Assembly: GCA_048571215.1 (NCBI GenBank)
Contig: CP182352.1
Span: 864,001 to 928,000 of the forward strand
Direction: 5' to 3'
Source of the DNA: Halarcobacter sp.
Lineage (GTDB): Bacteria > Campylobacterota > Campylobacteria > Campylobacterales > Arcobacteraceae
DNA: 64,000 nt
This document shows, one piece after another, positions 1-9,920 of the stretch (position 1 is the stretch's first letter; each line of letters opens with the position of its first letter). The position numbers and the translations under genes were made by a program. Under the pieces are notes generated by a model. That model ran no database searches. It had not been told where the DNA came from and saw only the letters and a program-made list of their open reading frames with translations.

Positions 1-1320
1 TATTTAAATATTAATGATTTTGAAAATCAAGAAATTTATGAACAATCAATTAAGAGAAGCTTTGAAAAAAAATCAGATTTCGATTTTTTAATTATCTCTA
101 CAAAACTTTGGAGAGAAAAAAAATATGATGAAGCCTTAGAACAAGCTTATTTTGGTTTATATATTTCAAATAACAAAAAGATAAAGTCTTTATTAACTAT
201 GAGGGTAGGGACTATTTATCAAGATTTAAAATATACAGAAATTTCAAAAGAGAAATATACTAAAGCTATATCGATAAATCCTGAAAATACAAAAGCTTAT
301 AATAATTTAGCTATATATTATGCAGATAAAAAAAGATTTCATAAAGTGAAAGAATTACTTTCAATATCTTTAGATTTGAATAAGAATAATTTTAATACAT
401 ATAATAGTTTGGGAGCATTATATACAAATAAAGATTTTGAAAACTATGATTATAAAAAAGCAGAAAAATATTATCTTAAATCGATAGAGTTAGACCCAAA
501 GGAAAATAAACCATATAGAAATATTGCTCTGTTATATGCAGATAAAGATTTTGAAAAACATGATTACCAAAAAACAGAAGAATATTTGTTAGAAGCATTA
601 AATATGAATGAAAAAGATATAATGACTTTAAAGTTACTAGCTAAACTTTATATGACTAAAGATTTTAAAAATTGTGATTATAAAAAAGCAGAAAAATATT
701 TGTTAGAAGCATTTGAAATTGAGAGAAAAGATATTTTTACTTTATTAATATTGGTAGAACTATATTCAAATAAAAATTTTAAAAATTGTGATTATAAAAA
801 AGTAGAAAAATATTTGTTAGAAGCATTTGAAATTGATAGAAAAAATATTGATGTACTTAAATCTCTTGGCTATTTATACCTAAATAATGGTTTTAAAAAC
901 TATGATTATAAAAAGGCGAAAGAATATTTGTTAGAAGTATTAAATATGAATGAAAAAAAAGATCCTATTTTCTTAAATAATTTAGGATTTAATTATCTAA
1001 AATTGGGAAGTTTTAAAAAAGCTAAAAAATATTTAAAGAAATCATATAAAATTGACAAAAATTCTGCAGCTACTCTTGATAGTTTAGGTGAGCTATATAT
1101 GGAACTTAATAAATTTGATTTGTCAGAAAAGTATTTTAAAAGGGCAATAGAAATAAATAATAAAAATGAAATATATTATGAAAATTTGATTAAACTTTAT
1201 ACTAAGTTTAATAAAAAAGAAGAAAAGATAAAAATTATTAAAGAATTGAAAAAATTAAAAGATAATAAAGAGAGTATTTCTAGATGGAGACCGTTCAAAA
1301 ATCTGTGTCAAGTCACCTAA
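1..1320 (+). CDS. TPR-repeat protein (5' end outside window; last 10 codons supplied by IS256)
   Basis: Frame is open from base 1. TPR-like helical motifs (AYNNLAIYY, TLDSLGELY, YFKRAIEIN). C-terminal WRPFKNLCQVT is read from the IS end. Confidence 0.85.
   Translation, partial: YLNINDFENQEIYEQSIKRSFEKKSDFDFLIISTKLWREKKYDEALEQAYFGLYISNNKKIKSLLTMRVGTIYQDLKYTEISKEKYTKAISINPENTKAYNNLAIYYADKKRFHKVKELLSISLDLNKNNFNTYNSLGALYTNKDFENYDYKKAEKYYLKSIELDPKENKPYRNIALLYADKDFEKHDYQKTEEYLLEALNMNEKDIMTLKLLAKLYMTKDFKNCDYKKAEKYLLEAFEIERKDIFTLLILVELYSNKNFKNCDYKKVEKYLLEAFEIDRKNIDVLKSLGYLYLNNGFKNYDYKKAKEYLLEVLNMNEKKDPIFLNNLGFNYLKLGSFKKAKKYLKKSYKIDKNSAATLDSLGELYMELNKFDLSEKYFKRAIEINNKNEIYYENLIKLYTKFNKKEEKIKIIKELKKLKDNKESISRWRPFKNLCQVT
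400..965 (+). repeat. Five tandem 114-bp (38-aa) TPR-like intragenic repeats
   Basis: Tyr codons of the YxxKDFxNxDYKKAEKYLLEA motif recur at 421, 535, 649, 763 and 877. Outer limits are approximate. Confidence 0.85.
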
Positions 1321-2616
1321 AGTAACAAATCCATACTTGTTACAACTCTAAATAATTATCCAATCTCCCTTCGAAAAATATAGCAAGTTGGGAGATTGTT
1401 AAACTCCAATTATGCACTGGCTGAGTCCATTTTACTTTTGCATTTAATATTCCCATATACAACAATTTTAAAAGTGAATTCTCATTAGGGAAAGCTCCTT
1501 TTGTTTTGGTTAATTTTCTAAATTGCCTATGTACAGATTCAATAATATTTGTAGTGTACATAATCTTTCTTATCTCTTTTGGATATTTAAAATAATAAGA
1601 TAAATTCTCCCATTTATTTTGCCAAGATTGAAGTACTATGGGATATCTTTTCCCCCATTTTTCATCTAGTTTTAAAAGCTCATCTTCTGCAAGTTCTTTT
1701 GTTGTTGCTTGATAAACAAGTTTTAAATCTCTCATAAACTCTTTTTGGTCTTTAGAAGCTACATACTTCAATGAATTACGAATTTGATGTACAACACAAA
1801 GTTGTACTTCGGTATTTGGATATATTGTTTTAATAGCTTCAGGAAAGCCTTTAAGACCATCTACTGATGCAATTAGTATATCTTCTAATCCTCTATTATT
1901 TAAATCAGTAAGAACACTAAGCCAGAAGTTTGCTCCTTCACTTTGGGATAAATATAATCCTAATATATCTTTTTTACCATCAATTCCCATCCCTAAAACT
2001 GTGTAAACTGCTTTACTCACATACTTCCCACCATCTTTTATTTTATAATGTATCGCATCAAGCCATACAAATGGATAAATAGCTTCTAAAGGTCTACTTT
2101 GCCAAGCTTTTACCTTATCTATAATTTTATCTGTAATAGTGCTTATTGTTGCACTTGATAATTGTATTTGATATATCTCTTCAATATGTTTTATAATATC
2201 TCTATAGCTTAATCCTAAGCCATACATAGATAATATCTTTTCTTCTATTTCATTAGACATTGTTGTTTGGTTTTTCTTTACAAGTTGTGGTTCAAAAGAA
2301 CCTGTTCTATCTCTTGGAGTATTCAATTCAAAGGAACCACTTGTTGATTTTATTGTTTTAGAGCTTTTACCATTCTTTCTATTTTTATTTCCTGCAAATA
2401 CATCTTGAGTTATATGAGAATCTAATTCTGCTTCTAAAGCAGCTTCAACTAATTGTTTTACTAATGGAGCAAGTACTCCATCTTTACCATTGATATTTTT
2501 ACCTGCAAGTAAATCTTGTACAGCTTCATTAAAATCAAATTGTTTTTTCTTTTCCATCTATATCAATCCTTATAATATTTATTATATCAGACTGACACAG
2601 ATTTTCTAACACTCCC
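1287..2616 (-). mobile_element. IS256-family insertion sequence, complete
   Basis: Imperfect terminal IRs: GAGACCGTTCAAAAATCTGTGTCA and (reverse complement) GGGAGTGTTAGAAAATCTGTGTCA. 8-bp target duplication TCTAGATG at 1279-1286 and 2617-2624. Confidence 0.95.
1340..2557 (-). CDS. IS256-family (Mutator-like DDE) transposase
   Basis: Motifs PRDRTGSFEP, WLDAIHYK, SVDGLKGF, QLCVVHQIRN and YTTNIIES; 405 aa, intact. Confidence 0.95.
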   Translation of the reverse strand: MEKKKQFDFNEAVQDLLAGKNINGKDGVLAPLVKQLVEAALEAELDSHITQDVFAGNKNRKNGKSSKTIKSTSGSFELNTPRDRTGSFEPQLVKKNQTTMSNEIEEKILSMYGLGLSYRDIIKHIEEIYQIQLSSATISTITDKIIDKVKAWQSRPLEAIYPFVWLDAIHYKIKDGGKYVSKAVYTVLGMGIDGKKDILGLYLSQSEGANFWLSVLTDLNNRGLEDILIASVDGLKGFPEAIKTIYPNTEVQLCVVHQIRNSLKYVASKDQKEFMRDLKLVYQATTKELAEDELLKLDEKWGKRYPIVLQSWQNKWENLSYYFKYPKEIRKIMYTTNIIESVHRQFRKLTKTKGAFPNENSLLKLLYMGILNAKVKWTQPVHNWSLTISQLAIFFEGRLDNYLEL

Positions 2617-2638
2617 TCTAGATGATTAATTTTAAATA

Positions 2639-2670
2639 TAGAAAACCATATAACTTTATATAGTTTTCTA
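2639..2670. terminator. Probable bidirectional terminator hairpin
   Basis: TAGAAAACCATATAA-CT-TTATATAGTTTTCTA lies between convergent genes. Confidence 0.5.
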
Positions 2671-2727
2671 AATTTTTTATATTATTTTATGTATTTGAAT
2701 ACCTATTTATAATTTTATAAAATAAGC

Positions 2728-3033
2728 TTATTTCCTGTTTTGTAATATTTCACAAATTTCATCATAATCTTCTCTTATTGCTCGTTCTAAGTCCGATTGT
2801 TCCTCATATAGTAGGTCTTTTTTTGGTAAACTATTAAATAGTTCTTCATGTTCCTTTTTCAACCTTAGTAGATCTTCATTAGATAGGTCATTATATGTTC
2901 TATTATCATCTAATAAAGTATTTATTCTATCTAAGTTTACTTTTTCTTGTGGCTCTTTCTTAGCTACTAGCATACTTTCTAAGTTTGAATTATATTGATA
3001 ATCTGTTCCAGTTCTTAAGTCATTTTCATACAT
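2728..3033 (-). CDS. Small acidic hypothetical protein downstream of the NERD-helicase
   Basis: ATG at 3033 follows an AAAGGA RBS. An alternative TTG at 3051 overlaps the helicase stop. Confidence 0.6.
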   Translation of the reverse strand: MYENDLRTGTDYQYNSNLESMLVAKKEPQEKVNLDRINTLLDDNRTYNDLSNEDLLRLKKEHEELFNSLPKKDLLYEEQSDLERAIREDYDEICEILQNRK

Positions 3034-3047
3034 TTTTAATCCTTTAA

Positions 3048-5447
3048 TCAAATTATTTTAAAAATCTTACTTTTATTTATTTTATAAATTTTTTTATTAC
3101 TCTTCTGTTTTATTTTCTCTAAAAAACCATGTTGTATAAATCTATTAATATTTATACCTAACTCCTTTTTCCATATAGATTCATCTTTTATAAGCTTTTC
3201 AATATATTTACATGAACGAATTTCTTCTATAGTAATAAAATCATTATGATGTTTCTCTAAAGATAAAAGAAGTTTAAAAATACCACTAATGCTAGAAATA
3301 TCAAAGTGGTGTTTGTTTATAAGTGTAATAGTTTCATCTGAAAGTATTTCATGGTACTTATGATAATAAAATCTACCTAATATTTTAATAGGTTCATCCA
3401 TCAATGAAATATTTATCCTTTCTTCTTTTTTATCTAAATTCTCAAGTATGTAAAATACTTTTTTAATTTCAATAATATTGATATCTTTGAAATTGTTTTT
3501 TAAACAATTAACGCAAAACTTTTCTCCATTATAATTTATTTGTCTATATGTGGTAGTTTTGCAATCTTCACAATATTCAAACTCTAAATTATTTAAATTC
3601 ATTTCCTGAAAATTACTAGAATGAAGCTTTGCTGTATTTAAATCATGTTTATTAACAGTAATTGAACAAATATCATTTTTTAGAAAGTATTCAATAAGTA
3701 AACTGTTAATAAAGCTATATTGAGTTTCTATGAACAATATATATTTTTCTGAATAAAAAATTTTCATTTCAAAAAGATTTATATTTTTATGGTTTGAAGC
3801 TAATAAGTCATTAAAAACTTCAATTTCATGATGTATTTTCTCTTTTAAACTATTATCAGTAATATCAGATTTTAACAAAAGTTGTTCTAAATGTGATTTT
3901 CCTAAAGATAATACATTTTGAGGTATAACTACTATTGTTTGTGTTGTAGCTCTAGAATATGCTACATAAAATTCATTTAAATCACTTTTATTTGCTGATG
4001 TTATGACATAAACTACAATTGATTTTTCCATTCCTCTGTAACTTTGTACTGTAAAAGTTTTAATATCTTTATAGGTATATTTTTTTAAACTTTCTGTTGC
4101 TAATGATGAAACAAGTAGTACTATATCTTTCGTGTCTATAGATTGTTCTAAAAGTTCATCTATTGTACCTTGAATAGTTTGTTTTAAATTATCATTAGAT
4201 ATACGCTCAACTAAATCTAGTTCATCTAAGCTTCTAGGTGTTGTTTGTTCAATTGATGGTATAAACATTTCCAATAATCTTTTATAAACCTTATAAGGAG
4301 ATCTATAGTTTCTTGTTAAAATTTTTTTTCCATTAAAATGAAAAATCTTATCCATATTTGAATTTAATATTTTCCCTTCATGCCCAAAGGATTGTAGTTC
4401 ATCTGAAAATACATATATTTTTTTATTTTCAAAATATTCTTTTAAATAATTAAGCCATATTCTAGCTAAAGACTGTGCTTCATCAATAATTAAACAATCA
4501 TAATTATTATCTACGTGATTGATTATACCTTCAAGAACTTTTGTTTCATTTTTTGTTACATATTTAATATCACTTAATGGATTAGTTATTTTTAAGAAAT
4601 GATGAAATGTCAATACATCAACATTAGATTCTAGATGTTTTAACTCACTTTTTATTAATTCTGTAATTTCTTTATTAAAGGATAAAAATAATACTTTATA
4701 ATTTCTTTTTTCTACTAAAAGTCTTGATAATATGATTGCTAAAATAGTTTTCCCTGTACCAGCTCTACCAGAAATAAAGTATCTATTATATTGCATTGCT
4801 TCTTCTATAAAATTTGTTTGTTCTTTTGATAACATTAACCAAGTACGATTATCGTAATTAATTTTATTTTTAATAGAATCAATAGATTGGGGTAGTAAAA
4901 TATCTAATATTTGTTCAATTCTTGAATCTGTTAAGAAAGAATTTTTTTTATATAAACTTTCATTCCAAAATTTATAAATTTCGATAATTTTATTTTCTAA
5001 ATTAATTTCATTATTAGCATTAAAAGTTATTTTATCATAGTCATTATTATATTTTTGGGGACTAGAATCAGGAAAACCAACTGCATAACCTATCATCAAG
5101 TTTGATAACTCTTTTGTTAAGTCTAAAACAGCATAGGCATTATCATGTGCTTGTTTATAAGGACTTTTTTTAAGTTCTTCTCCATTAGTAAAGAAAGCAT
5201 GACGATTGTAACTAATCCTACCTCCTTTGACTTCAATACACAAAATGCCATAAACTTTATGGATTATAACAAAATCAATTTCTCCATCAGGGGTAAATCT
5301 ATGTCTTCTTAGTGTTGCAATAGAAGAAAGCCAATTTAAACTATGAATGATATGAAAATCATCTGAAAATGTTTTAAATATATTATATAGTTTTTTTTCC
5401 GCATTTGATTTACAAAATCCAATGTTTCCTGGATATAGTCTTGCCAT
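3048..5447 (-). CDS. NERD nuclease / superfamily-1 helicase fusion with C-terminal CxxC...CxxC extension
   Basis: GEIDFVIIH..CIEVKGG..SPYKQA (NERD, PD-(D/E)xK). Helicase motifs GRAGTGKT, IIDEAQ, LTRNYRS, YRGME and YVAYSRA. CEDC and CVNC pairs in the tail. Confidence 0.85.
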   Translation of the reverse strand: MARLYPGNIGFCKSNAEKKLYNIFKTFSDDFHIIHSLNWLSSIATLRRHRFTPDGEIDFVIIHKVYGILCIEVKGGRISYNRHAFFTNGEELKKSPYKQAHDNAYAVLDLTKELSNLMIGYAVGFPDSSPQKYNNDYDKITFNANNEINLENKIIEIYKFWNESLYKKNSFLTDSRIEQILDILLPQSIDSIKNKINYDNRTWLMLSKEQTNFIEEAMQYNRYFISGRAGTGKTILAIILSRLLVEKRNYKVLFLSFNKEITELIKSELKHLESNVDVLTFHHFLKITNPLSDIKYVTKNETKVLEGIINHVDNNYDCLIIDEAQSLARIWLNYLKEYFENKKIYVFSDELQSFGHEGKILNSNMDKIFHFNGKKILTRNYRSPYKVYKRLLEMFIPSIEQTTPRSLDELDLVERISNDNLKQTIQGTIDELLEQSIDTKDIVLLVSSLATESLKKYTYKDIKTFTVQSYRGMEKSIVVYVITSANKSDLNEFYVAYSRATTQTIVVIPQNVLSLGKSHLEQLLLKSDITDNSLKEKIHHEIEVFNDLLASNHKNINLFEMKIFYSEKYILFIETQYSFINSLLIEYFLKNDICSITVNKHDLNTAKLHSSNFQEMNLNNLEFEYCEDCKTTTYRQINYNGEKFCVNCLKNNFKDINIIEIKKVFYILENLDKKEERINISLMDEPIKILGRFYYHKYHEILSDETITLINKHHFDISSISGIFKLLLSLEKHHNDFITIEEIRSCKYIEKLIKDESIWKKELGININRFIQHGFLEKIKQKSNKKIYKINKSKIFKII

Positions 5448-5727
5448 TTGATTTAATTTCCTTTTATTTAATTAATGAATTTATATTATGATGAGATTAT
5501 TACTTACTATTAAAGTTCAATATTTTTTATAGTTTTATTTAATTTTGTAGCCAGATATAAAACAATTTAATGTTATTGTAATTTGTTTATTTTATATTCT
5601 AAAGTATTCTTTTACTTTTATAGTTTAATAAAAACTCTTTATAACAGGTAACATTATATAATCTTTTTTATTAATTTATAAAGGGTTTTTATGGTGTTTG
5701 TATTTATATAATTGAGTTCCAAATCGT

Positions 5728-6920
5728 TCAATTAATAATATTATCTAAAGCTTTCAAAGCTCTTGAAGCTTGTTCTTTAGATTTAGTTACATATCTTTGT
5801 TCTGTTACTATAATTGAACTATGTCCTAACATTCTACTTACATCAGCTACAGCTACTTCATTTTGAAGTAGCGTAGTTGCTAACATATGTCTAATATCAT
5901 GTAATCTAAGTTTTGTAGATTCAATGTTTTTAATAGTTTTTGAAAATGCCATCTTGGTGTTTCTTTTGTATAATTAAATATTTTTAGATCTAACTTATCA
6001 TTTAGTTCAATATGATTAATTTTAGATTGTGTTTCAAGTGCATTTAGTAATGTATCATCTAAATCAAAAACTAATTCTTTTTTCCCTTTTGCTTTACTAG
6101 CTGGTATTCTAAAAATCTTTTGTGATAAATTTAAATCTGAATACTTTAGATTTAAAACTTCACTTACTCTACGTCCAGTTAATAAAAATAAAAAAATATT
6201 TCTAACTTCAGGAAATTGATAATATTCTTTATCAGAAACTTTTATTAAACTATAACTTCTCATTGCTTTGATAATTGTTCTTGTATCCTCAATAGGAAGG
6301 GTGTAATCTATTTTGTTGTGTACACTTGGTATTTCTAATGTAGACCAATCAAGATTTAAAGGTTTTAAAAAGGTTTTTAAATTTAATGCTAACAGTTTAA
6401 CTGTTGCTGGTTTTCTTCTCCCGATTAACTTATTTAGTTGTTTTTGTACATCATGTATTGTAATACTATTATATAGCTTATTATGAAGTTCTTTTGAGTG
6501 TGTTAATAGATTAGTTGAATAGTTATCAATAGATGACTGTCTTAATGATATAGACTTTTATTTTATGAATATTTTTGCCTGTTCTAAGAATGTATTAGAC
6601 TCTAGTGAGTTTTCAATATATTTTTCTCTTAATGTACCTTTTATTGCAAGTTTCTTTTTTAGTTCTTCTCTTGTTGAAGATACTTGATCTATAGATTTTT
6701 TAAATCCAATATCATTAGTATTAAAATAAAATACTTTAGAACTATCTATACCATTCTTTTTAATTCTAAGGTGAAGTTTATAAACACCATTAATATACTT
6801 ATTTGCTTCTTTAACTGTAGTAATTTCTTTTATATTAATATCTGAATCAATTTCAAGTGAAATACCTGTACAATTTGAATTAGGAAGTTTAACTCTAACA
6901 TATTTTTTCATAACACACAC
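5728..6920 (-). pseudogene. Tyrosine recombinase/integrase pseudogene
   Basis: ORFs 6558-6920 and 5880-6263 share one frame separated by a single TAA (6558-6560). LLTGRRVSEV is followed by a 1-bp frameshift near 5915 into RLHDIRH...MLGHSS...RY. Confidence 0.9.
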
Positions 6921-6953
6921 CTTTTAAACACACACTTTTTAACACACTTTTTT
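6912..6953. repeat. Three short direct repeats (AACACAC[AC]YTTTT) at the integrase start; candidate arm-type sites
   Basis: aacacacaccttttaaacacacactttttaacacactttttt. A second pair (ggaagt x2) lies at about 6965-6990. Confidence 0.5.
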
Positions 6954-7064
6954 AGATTAGTTAATATGGAAGTATATATATTGGAAGTTTAATAAAAGCT
7001 TATTTTATGGTGAGTTTGCTGGGAGAATATTATTCTATATAAATAAATATAAAAGTATATAATA

Positions 7065-7097
7065 TTATATAGGATTGGACAAGAGAAAATACTATAA
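7065..7097 (+). other. Candidate att junction: orphan gene 3' end LYRIGQEKIL*
   Basis: TTA TAT AGG ATT GGA CAA GAG AAA ATA CTA TAA abuts the GH3 stop convergently. It resembles the C-terminus of TIGR02757/DUF2400 proteins (recalled, not searched). Confidence 0.45.
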
Positions 7098-8177
7098 AGT
7101 TTTTAAGGTTTTATTTATTAAGTTATTTGATTCTATGATTTTTGATAGATTTACCTCTTTATTTTGTATTAAATTGTAGATTGTATCAACTATGGTTTTT
7201 AGTTGTATTTTATCTAATTGGTTACCAAAGAGTAGAATATTTACACCTGAGTTTATTGCTAGTTTTAATGTTTCTTTTAGGGTGTAGTGTGAAGATATTG
7301 CTTTCATTTGTAAGTCATCACTTATGATTATCCCCTTATAGTTTAGATTCTTTCTTAGTAATTTTGTATTTATTTTATAAGATAGGGTTGCTGGATATTT
7401 ATTATCTAAATTTTTATTAAACACATGGGCTGTCATTATAAATTTTGCTTCGTTTGATTGGATTAGTTTTTTATAGGGGATTAACTCTTTTTCTTCCCAA
7501 GTATTTGTTATATCTACAAAACCTTTGTGGGAATCACTAGTTGAAGATCCATGACCTGGAAAATGTTTCAGTACAGAAAAAACTTTGTTTTTTCCCATTT
7601 GTTTTATAAAAGTTGAGGCATATTTTATAACTTCTTTTGGCTCATTTGAGTAGGACCTTTCTAATCCTACTATCACATGGTTTTTAGTATTAATAGCTAC
7701 ATCAACAACAGGAGCAAAGTTTAGGTTTATCCCTACATTATTAAGCTCTTTTGATAGTTTGTTATAGGTTCTTTTCGCATTTTCTATACTTTTTGTAGAT
7801 ATTTTATTGGCACTTGGATAATCAGAAAAACCATTTTTAGAATTTAGTCTTTGAACTTTTCCACCCTCTTGATCAATAGAGATAAGCATTTTGTAGTTTG
7901 AGTAGTTTTGAATATCACTAATCAAGGTTTTTAATTGTAAAGGATTTTTTATATTTTTAGTTTTTTTAGTTTTGTAATCTTTGTTAAAAAGTATCACTCC
8001 ACCAAGATTGTATTTATCAATATTTTCTTTTAGTTTTGAATTTAAAGTTTGGGAATCAAACCCTAATATAATAGTTTGCCCAATTAGTTTTTCTATCTGC
8101 TGTTTAGATAACTCTTTTGAATATAAAAAGCAGATAAAAAAACTTAAAACAAATAGAGTTTTAAATAACTGTGCCAT
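7092..8177 (-). CDS. nagZ: Glycoside hydrolase family 3, beta-N-acetylhexosaminidase-type
   Basis: IDQEGGKVQR, KHFPGHGS...DSH and SDDLQM motifs; N-terminal signal peptide. Confidence 0.8.
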   Translation of the reverse strand: MAQLFKTLFVLSFFICFLYSKELSKQQIEKLIGQTIILGFDSQTLNSKLKENIDKYNLGGVILFNKDYKTKKTKNIKNPLQLKTLISDIQNYSNYKMLISIDQEGGKVQRLNSKNGFSDYPSANKISTKSIENAKRTYNKLSKELNNVGINLNFAPVVDVAINTKNHVIVGLERSYSNEPKEVIKYASTFIKQMGKNKVFSVLKHFPGHGSSTSDSHKGFVDITNTWEEKELIPYKKLIQSNEAKFIMTAHVFNKNLDNKYPATLSYKINTKLLRKNLNYKGIIISDDLQMKAISSHYTLKETLKLAINSGVNILLFGNQLDKIQLKTIVDTIYNLIQNKEVNLSKIIESNNLINKTLKTL

Positions 8178-9426
8178 CTTCTAAAATAATCTTATTTCTT
8201 CCATCTTCTTTTGCTTGATATAAAAGCATATCAGCTTTTTGTATTGTATTATCATAGCAGTCATGGTTATTTCTTATTGCAACTCCTGCAGAAAAAGTTA
8301 CTTGTATCTTATTTGATTTATATACAAATTTATTATCATTTACAATTGCTTTTACTCTTTTAAGATATTTTAATAGTTCTCTTTTTAGATTAAAATGGAT
8401 TATTGCAACAAACTCTTCACCACCATATCTTCCAATGATATCTAACTCTCTAGTGCTTTTTGTTAATATTTTTGCAAAGGTTGATAAAACTATATCTCCA
8501 GCTTTATGTCCATAAGTATCATTTATATTTTTAAAGTGGTCTAAATCAAAAAAGACAATTGCATATTGTGTATCTGTTCTTTTATATTCATTATCTATTC
8601 TTTTTACAGCATCTTCATAAGCTCTTCTAGTCAAAACTCCCGTAAGGTGGTCTTTTAAGCTATTTTCTTTTGTTTTATCTAATTCTTCTTCAAGTTTTTT
8701 TATTTTTTGTTCTAGGGTTTCAACTTCAGATTTTCCATCATGTAGCTGTTTACCAACATTTGACATCTCATTTTCTATTGATAATGCTGCATCTATAAGT
8801 CTACTTTGTAAGTTTGTTAGTTCATCTAAGCCATTTTTACTTATGCTGATAGATTCTATTTGGGATTTTATATCTGAGACATTTTGTGAACCCTCACCAC
8901 TACTATGTATAGCGTCGCTAATACATTGTCCCATAAGTGTTAAAAGTTTTGCTACATCAGATGTTCTTTGTTTTACAACATTTCTATCTGCTTCAAATCT
9001 TTTATTTATAAACTCTTGCATCTCTTTTTGAATATCATCTTCAAAAAGTAAAGCAGGAGAATTACCAATTTTTACTGAAAACTTCTCTAAGTCCTTGTCT
9101 ATTTCTATACTAATTGATGGGGTGATAGATTCTTGGAAAAGTTGTGCTAAGTTATTTACATTGTCAGTTGCTATTCTATTTAATAAAATAGGTAGCATCT
9201 CATCCATTGTTGTAATATTTTTTGTTTTGATTTCAAGTTGTTCTTTCTCATTTAACTCTTGAACTAGCTGTTTAAATTGTTCACATTCATCAACACTAAG
9301 ATTGTAGATTTTTGATACCTTACAAAACTCTTTTTGATATGCAACAGGGGTAGCAGCTATATCTTGTTTATGTAGATTGCTTATAGTCTCTTTTTCTACT
9401 TTACTAACAACTTCTTTATCCATCAT
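8161..9426 (-). CDS. GGDEF diguanylate cyclase with coiled-coil N-terminus
   Basis: DHLTG, DLDHFKNINDTYGH, RELD (RxxD I-site) and GGEEF. Confidence 0.92.
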   Translation of the reverse strand: MMDKEVVSKVEKETISNLHKQDIAATPVAYQKEFCKVSKIYNLSVDECEQFKQLVQELNEKEQLEIKTKNITTMDEMLPILLNRIATDNVNNLAQLFQESITPSISIEIDKDLEKFSVKIGNSPALLFEDDIQKEMQEFINKRFEADRNVVKQRTSDVAKLLTLMGQCISDAIHSSGEGSQNVSDIKSQIESISISKNGLDELTNLQSRLIDAALSIENEMSNVGKQLHDGKSEVETLEQKIKKLEEELDKTKENSLKDHLTGVLTRRAYEDAVKRIDNEYKRTDTQYAIVFFDLDHFKNINDTYGHKAGDIVLSTFAKILTKSTRELDIIGRYGGEEFVAIIHFNLKRELLKYLKRVKAIVNDNKFVYKSNKIQVTFSAGVAIRNNHDCYDNTIQKADMLLYQAKEDGRNKIILEDGTVI

Positions 9427-9434
9427 ATTTCCTA

Positions 9435-9878
9435 CTATCCTAAAAGTTTTTTTGTCATTTCATTGATTCTTTTTCCATCAGCAAGTCCTGCAAACTTTTT
9501 TGTAGCTTGCCCCATAACTTTACCTATATCTTTCATTGATGTCGCATTTACTTGTGCTATAATCTCTTTCATGCCAAGCTCAAGCTCTTCATTGCTTAAT
9601 TGTTTTGGTAAATACTCTTTAAATACATCAATTTGCTCTTGCTCTTTTTGAACTAAATCATCTCTTGAAGCTGCACTATATTGTTCAACTGCTTCTTCTC
9701 TTTGTTTAATCCCTTTTTGGATAAGTTTTACAATATCTATATCCTCTAGTTCTTTTCTTTCATCTACTTCAATTTGCTTAATCATAGTATTAATAGCTCT
9801 AATAGAGTCTCTTTTTACTACATTTTTTTCTCTCATTGCGGTTTTCAAATCACTTTTTAATTGCTCTTTTAGACTCAT
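9435..9878 (-). CDS. GatB/YqeY domain protein
   Basis: LKTAMREK, KQREEA..Y..A.R.DL, YLPKQLS, DIGKVMG and ADGK. Confidence 0.92.
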   Translation of the reverse strand: MSLKEQLKSDLKTAMREKNVVKRDSIRAINTMIKQIEVDERKELEDIDIVKLIQKGIKQREEAVEQYSAASRDDLVQKEQEQIDVFKEYLPKQLSNEELELGMKEIIAQVNATSMKDIGKVMGQATKKFAGLADGKRINEMTKKLLG

Positions 9879-9920
9879 AAATATCCTTCTCTTTTATCAA
9901 ACTGTAAAAATTATAACTAA

